DNA of 43,108 nt. It comes from Methanobacteriota archaeon. GTDB taxonomy: Archaea; Thermoproteota; Thermoprotei_A; Sulfolobales; Sulfolobaceae. The translations under genes were made by a program, and so were the position numbers. Position 1 is the stretch's first letter, and the number at the start of each line of letters is the position of its first letter. The DNA lies in assembly GCA_017857195.1 (NCBI GenBank), contig JAFMDM010000001.1, positions 1 through 43,108 of the forward strand, given 5' to 3'. This document shows positions 38,335 through 43,108 of this stretch, piece by piece. The notes below the pieces were generated by a model. It had not been told where the DNA came from, did no database searches, and worked only from the letters and a program-made list of their open reading frames with translations.

Positions 38335-39201
38335 ATGGAGGGAGTAGTAGTACCTATTGTGACCCCTTTCAAGGAAGACCAAAGCCTGGACGAGGATGGG
38401 CTGAGAGAAGTTGTTAATTATCTCATGAGGTCAGGTGTAGAATGGATAATGGCGTTAGGAACCACAGGGGAGTTCAATATGTTAAGTTTGGAGGAGAAGG
38501 TGAAGGTTGTTAGTGAGGTCGTTGAGGTAGCACGAGGGAAAGTGATAGCAGGAATTAATGAGAACTCGACATATCACTCGTTGAAATTGGCCCGTAGCTA
38601 TGTTGATGTCGGGGCAAGTGAGTTGATCACAATCCCTCCCCTATATCATCGAACGGACGATATGGGGATGATAAAATTCTTCGAGTCTCTACATAGGGCA
38701 GATGTACCCCTATACCTCTACAACATACCCTCGTTGGTGGGATATGAGTTCCCAGCAAATGTTCTTCATAAGTTAGTGGAGGAGGGGGTGTTAAATGGAA
38801 TGAAGTTTACAACCAGTGATCTTGTTTCATTCCTCAGGCTTACCAAAATAGCCAAGGACGCAAACCCCAAGTTTAAAAGTCTTATGGGTGAGGACAGGTT
38901 GATCGTCGATGCTATGGCTCGAGGTGCTGACGGTACCGTTGCGGGGACAGGTAACGTTGCGGCTGAACTGGTTGTGGAGGCAGTAAAACTAACTAAAGAA
39001 AATAAGTTAAGGGAAGCATTAACAATACAACAGAAAATCACTGAGCTTGCAGATGCAGTCACAAGTGGGGACTACCCCGTGGCTCTAAAGGCAGCCATGA
39101 AGTATAGAGGAATAAACGGTGGAGTAGCTAGATCTCCTCTGCATGGGAGCCCTGAAGTGGAAGGAAGAGTCTATTATGTTTTGAAGTCCCTGGGCCTATG
39201 A
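38335..39201 (+). CDS. Dihydrodipicolinate synthase / N-acetylneuraminate lyase family class I aldolase
   Basis: PIVTPF, GTTGEF, YLYNIP and Schiff-base Lys in GMKFT. Substrate not determinable. Start ATG 38335. Confidence 0.88.
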   Translation: MEGVVVPIVTPFKEDQSLDEDGLREVVNYLMRSGVEWIMALGTTGEFNMLSLEEKVKVVSEVVEVARGKVIAGINENSTYHSLKLARSYVDVGASELITIPPLYHRTDDMGMIKFFESLHRADVPLYLYNIPSLVGYEFPANVLHKLVEEGVLNGMKFTTSDLVSFLRLTKIAKDANPKFKSLMGEDRLIVDAMARGADGTVAGTGNVAAELVVEAVKLTKENKLREALTIQQKITELADAVTSGDYPVALKAAMKYRGINGGVARSPLHGSPEVEGRVYYVLKSLGL

Positions 39202-39610
39202 CGAACATCGATATTCCTAGGGGTGAGGAGTATATCCCCGTCTGAGGCCTTTTGACCAATTAGACTTAGGAAACCAGTAGAGAAATTGCAGGCCCCTTAC
39301 GGGTTTCCTTCTCAGGGTTTGTTGCTCCAATACACGGCTTCGACCTTTTTTTGGGTTAGGTAGAGGACTCCACAAGCTTAAGCATCTGTCCCTTAAGATA
39401 CTTCTACTACCCTAAAAGAGACGTTGAGGCATAGGTACCTCAAGGACCCTACTCTAATCCTGGCGACGTTAACCATTTTCATGGACGTAATTAAGGAGTT
39501 GATGCAACGTCTAAAAACATGGGCGATCATTCACTGGGATCCTCCCACCCCAAGATAAAGGACAAGTTCAGATGATAAGGTATGGAGCACTATGAAGCTC
39601 GAGTAATTCA

Positions 39611-40204
39611 CTATATCATTATGTCAAAGAACTCTAATCTCCCATTAATTTCCACAGGTACCACGAACATTCCTTTTTGGAAATTTCCATGAAGGCTATA
39701 GGTCACATCTAACTCCTCATATTTACCTGTGGCATGAATGGAGTAGTTTAGGGAAACCGACCCTGGGGCCATGAATAAAGTTACATTAGCGTTCCCCCTA
39801 ATCTCAAGGGAAAGAGTAAAGGAGCTTGAATTAAGATATTGAATCTGATAATTCACACTACTTGAGTAATTTATATAATTTAATGTTTCCGCCGCACTGT
39901 TATTAATATTTCCATTAATCCCTGTCACCTCAGCCATAAGCGTAAGATTAGTACCATAAACTCCGTTGGGATATGTTGGAAGAGAGTCAATCTCAGATGT
40001 TCCTTGAAAGGATGTAGGATACTGAAGGAAATATACTGCGTCTCCATAACTCAAATTTCCAGACTCTAAGACAGCATCATTTACTGAAACGTTCACTCTG
40101 CCGTGAGGTGTCAACATATCGTTGATTATTATAATGGTCGCTAAGGCGAGAGCTATGGAGAAGGCAGTACCTAACGCTAAAGCGATGCTAATTCTCATAA
40201 TCAA
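39611..40204 (-). CDS. Membrane-anchored/secreted hypothetical protein
   Basis: N-terminal TM helix, Asn/Ser/Tyr-rich with many sequons, AT-rich DNA. Confidence 0.7.
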   Translation of the reverse strand: MIMRISIALALGTAFSIALALATIIIINDMLTPHGRVNVSVNDAVLESGNLSYGDAVYFLQYPTSFQGTSEIDSLPTYPNGVYGTNLTLMAEVTGINGNINNSAAETLNYINYSSSVNYQIQYLNSSSFTLSLEIRGNANVTLFMAPGSVSLNYSIHATGKYEELDVTYSLHGNFQKGMFVVPVEINGRLEFFDIMI

Positions 40205-40404
40205 CGGTCACGTCCATTCTATATATACTTAATCCGAACTGACCTCCTCCCATCCATGAACCTTTTCTCAATACTCTGCTCATAATTATAAAACTCTTAG
40301 ATGAAATATTTTTATAAAAATCTTTTTGCATCTATCAAAAAGTGGCTAGATTTGCCCTTCTTTTTCTCATCAATCGTTTTTACCTAAAGTCCTTGATAGG
40401 ATCT

Positions 40405-41892
40405 ATGATTACCACATCTGATATGAGAGCACTCGAGCTAAACTCAGCGTTCTTGGGTGTGAGTACCAGGTTGCTCATGGAGAACGCAGGTAGGGCCGTC
40501 GCCGAAGAGATAATGAAGAGAAGGGAGGTCGAAGGGAAGGAAGTAACAGTTTTTGTGGGACATGGAGGAAAGGGAGGGGACGGACTTGTAGCGGCCCGCT
40601 TCCTGGCCTCAGCAGGAGCCCAGGTGACCGTAGTTCTAACCGGCGAGATTAGGCACGAGGACGCCAGGGAGAACCTAAGGGTGGTTGAAGATATGGACTA
40701 TTCAATCAAGCTGGCGGATATATGGAAATACACTGCCGTTGAGTCCGACGTTCTGATAGATGCCCTCCTGGGAACAGGATTGAAGTCTTCACCGAGGGAG
40801 CCACTGAGAACTGCCATAGATCTTTTCAATCGATCCAAGGGATATAAGGTCTCAATAGACCTTCCCTCTGGCGTTGATCCTGACAGTGGAGCGACCTTTG
40901 GGGAGTATGTGAGACCTGATTTGGTTGTGGCCCTTCATGATGTGAAGTCGGGGATTAAGGGGGACTTTGAGATAGTCAAGGTCAGTATAGGAATACCACC
41001 CGAGGCCAGCATATATGTGGGACCTGGAGACCTAGTTGAGAACGTAAGACCCAGAGCGATGAAGACGAAGAAGGGAGATTACGGTAGGGTTTTGGTGATC
41101 GGTGGAAACGAAACTTTCAGCGGAGCTCCTACGTTAGCAAGCATGGCAGCTCTTAGGATGGGAACGGATCTGGTATATACCGCAGCCCCTGAAGCAACTG
41201 CGGCAACCATAGCTTCCTACTCTCCAGACCTGATCACAATAAAGTTGAAGGGAAGGGAATTAGGTCCTGAAAACGTCGAGGAACTATTGCCATGGATAAA
41301 GAGAGCGGACACGGTCATCCTGGGGCCCGGCCTGGGGGTCTCGGAGAGAGTAAAGGATGCATGTGAATCTATCCTGAATCACCTTCTAGAAACTGGTAAG
41401 CCAGCCGTAATAGATGCCGACGCACTCAAGGTCTTGAGTGGAAAGCAGTTATATCCAAAGGCAGTGATAACACCTCATGCTGGGGAATTTAGAATATTCT
41501 TTGGAAAAGAACCTGGCGACATGAAGGAAAGAATAAATAATGCCGCTGAAGGAGCTAGGCAGGCTCAGTGCGTAGTTTTGCTAAAGGGTTATTTCGATGT
41601 AATAACTGATGGGACCAACTTCAAGTTAAATAAAAGCGGTAATCCCGGAATGGCCGTAGGAGGTACAGGGGATGTGCTCACCGGCATAGTGGGAGCACTA
41701 ATGGCCAGGAAGATATCCCCCTTTAAGGCAGCATATTTGGGGGCGTTTATCAACGGCATAGCAGGGACCTTAGCATATGCTGAATTGGGAGATCACTTAA
41801 CAGCATCAGATATAGTAAAGAACATCCCTAGAGCTATGAAAGATCCTATTGGCTCGTCATCGTTTAGGGTATATAGAAGAGTACTGAACTAA
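40405..41892 (+). CDS. nnr: Bifunctional NAD(P)H-hydrate epimerase/dehydratase (YjeF)
   Basis: LMENAG, GHGGKGGDG, DALLGTG, SIDLPSG, KGDYGRVLVIGG, GPGLG, DADAL, TPHAGEF and GGTGDVL. Start ATG 40405. Confidence 0.93.
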   Translation: MITTSDMRALELNSAFLGVSTRLLMENAGRAVAEEIMKRREVEGKEVTVFVGHGGKGGDGLVAARFLASAGAQVTVVLTGEIRHEDARENLRVVEDMDYSIKLADIWKYTAVESDVLIDALLGTGLKSSPREPLRTAIDLFNRSKGYKVSIDLPSGVDPDSGATFGEYVRPDLVVALHDVKSGIKGDFEIVKVSIGIPPEASIYVGPGDLVENVRPRAMKTKKGDYGRVLVIGGNETFSGAPTLASMAALRMGTDLVYTAAPEATAATIASYSPDLITIKLKGRELGPENVEELLPWIKRADTVILGPGLGVSERVKDACESILNHLLETGKPAVIDADALKVLSGKQLYPKAVITPHAGEFRIFFGKEPGDMKERINNAAEGARQAQCVVLLKGYFDVITDGTNFKLNKSGNPGMAVGGTGDVLTGIVGALMARKISPFKAAYLGAFINGIAGTLAYAELGDHLTASDIVKNIPRAMKDPIGSSSFRVYRRVLN

Positions 41893-41893
41893 C

Positions 41894-42002
41894 CGTAGTG
41901 TCCGCACTAAGCCACGAATTTTTAGTCAACCAGAATTTCACAAGGTATGCATCACACTCCCAAGGAGAACGCCCTACTATCGATTTGTAAGTTCATGACG
42001 AC
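41894..42002 (+). mobile_element. Degenerate, truncated MITE-like copy in tandem with 42008-42133
   Basis: Starts CGTAGTGTC, contains AAGGAGAACGCC (41962-41973) and GATTTGTAAGTTCATGACGAC. Right TIR is incomplete. Confidence 0.65.
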
Positions 42003-42007
42003 TGGAA

Positions 42008-42133
42008 CATAGTGTCATCATTGAGGTACAAAATTTTCTTCTACATGACGAGAATAGTTGACAAGACGAATAACGCCACACCTTAAGGAGAACGCCATAA
42101 TCCTGTGATTTGTATGTTAATGACGACACTATG
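42008..42133 (+). mobile_element. 126-bp MITE-like element with terminal inverted repeats
   Basis: CATAGTGTCATCATT (42008-42022) and AATGACGACACTATG (42119-42133) are 14/15 inverted complements. No convincing ORF; related copies lie elsewhere in the window. Confidence 0.78.
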
Positions 42134-42209
42134 CTAGGGAACTAACTACTGCACTCCTCTCCGTCATGAAGGGCGGAACTTTCCTCGATCTTTCTTAGGT
42201 TTATGGGAG

Positions 42210-43016
42210 TCAGGACTTCAGTATTAAGACGAGTAGTGAGAGCAGAACTAAGGACGAGCCAATTAGCTGATGAGAGTTTGGTACTTGCCTAAATATAAGG
42301 TAGGCCAGGGAGGTAGCTACTACTGGCTCCAAAAGTGTAAAGGTATCAATTACTTGAGGCCTAATTCTCTTCGAGAGGTAAATAACTGTGCTATGTCCCA
42401 CCAAAGTAGGTAATGCAACCAGGCCACCAACGGCTAACCATGACGTGAGATTGAAAGTTCCAAAACCCTGAACTAACGTAAGCGGCAGAATTACAAGGGA
42501 GGCTACCAGATATATGTTAGAAGTGAGGACCAACGGTTCAGCGTCCCAAGACCTTCTATTTAGGAGGATGGTATAGATGGCGGTTGCGAACGCCGAACCT
42601 ATGGCGGCCAGATTCCCGATAAGTTGTCCCATGATCAAGGGGTAGTTCATGATGGTCACACCTATCACAGCCATGACGGCTGCGACAACGTCAATGGGAT
42701 ATACTTTAACTTTCATTAATCTGGCAAGAAGAAGGACATATATAGGGGAGGTCGAGACAAGCACGGTTGCATCAATGATTTGAGTAAGCTTAACACTCTC
42801 TATAAATAGAAACATATGAATACCAAGGAGTAAACTATAGGGGAGAACTTTCTTCAAATATTTGGGCCTTCCCTTAAGGGCTACTAATATTATTCCTGCT
42901 AAAAGGAACCTGAAGAACGCGGTGGCAGCGGGGGTAAGGGAACATAGCTCCACAAATATTGCCGCTGTGCCAAAAGAGGCCCCTCCCAATGTCAGCAAAA
43001 TAAAGTCCCTATTCAT
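42210..43016 (-). CDS. EamA/DMT family transporter
   Basis: Two EamA repeats (FFRFLLAG; STSPIYV; LLEPVVATSLA), about 10 TM segments, strong SD AGGAGG. Confidence 0.88.
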   Translation of the reverse strand: MNRDFILLTLGGASFGTAAIFVELCSLTPAATAFFRFLLAGIILVALKGRPKYLKKVLPYSLLLGIHMFLFIESVKLTQIIDATVLVSTSPIYVLLLARLMKVKVYPIDVVAAVMAVIGVTIMNYPLIMGQLIGNLAAIGSAFATAIYTILLNRRSWDAEPLVLTSNIYLVASLVILPLTLVQGFGTFNLTSWLAVGGLVALPTLVGHSTVIYLSKRIRPQVIDTFTLLEPVVATSLAYLIFRQVPNSHQLIGSSLVLLSLLVLILKS

Positions 43017-43018
43017 GG

Positions 43019-43108
43019 CTACCTCCTTTCTCTAGGAAGGTAGGAAGATTCGCGATTTTTCATCAAACTAACTGACGTAGGTATAGAATTTTTACCATAG
43101 GCCTTGAG
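43019..43108 (-). CDS. Possible 3' end of an upstream gene (partial)
   Basis: Frame is open from the window edge (LKAYGKNS...PRERR) to a TAG 2 nt before the EamA start, whose SD suggests an operon-internal position. Confidence 0.3.
   Translation of the reverse strand, partial: LKAYGKNSIPTSVSLMKNRESSYLPRERR

Noticed and set aside
1341-39062. Numerous 60-150 aa ORFs nested in or antisense to long genes
   Set aside because: They overlap motif-supported CDSs and lack recognisable motifs; expected by chance.
38335-39201. Specific call as KDG aldolase or dapA
   Set aside because: Family motifs are clear but substrate-determining residues and gene context are insufficient.
41894-42133. CRISPR mini-array
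   Set aside because: Units are about 110-126 bp, similar along their whole length and bounded by TIRs; no unique spacers or cas genes.

Overview
Gene-dense chromosomal segment from a thermoacidophilic crenarchaeon, inferred to be Sulfolobales from the ups pilus operon, class III signal peptides on sugar-binding proteins, TATA-like elements about 25 nt before starts and frequent GTG/TTG starts. Left part (1-17 kb): M20 amidohydrolase, glucose dehydrogenase and proline iminopeptidase, then a probable catabolic cluster. The cluster has two paralogous CUT1-type ABC importers with fused permeases and only one ATPase, an APC permease, a PLP aminotransferase, OsmC-like, cyclase/KynB-like, nucleotide pyrophosphatase, HpPgdA/PuuE-like deacetylase and cupin genes. 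Middle (17-31 kb): an ABC-2 exporter preceded by two tandem paralogous exported proteins with His/acid-rich tails, MFS transporters, RidA, a CBS protein, TldD/TldE, a short flavoprotein divergent from an MqnA/MqnD-like gene, and a Ser/Gly-rich microprotein. Right (31-43 kb): the UV-inducible pilus operon upsXEFAB with two extra tightly coupled upstream genes, a DHDPS-family aldolase, NnrE/D and an EamA transporter. Intergenic DNA holds a family of about 125-bp MITE-like elements (three related copies plus one element sharing only the termini) and hairpins resembling IS200/IS605 ends. No rRNA, tRNA, CRISPR array or transposase was recognised. All family calls are motif-based by eye; no searches were run.
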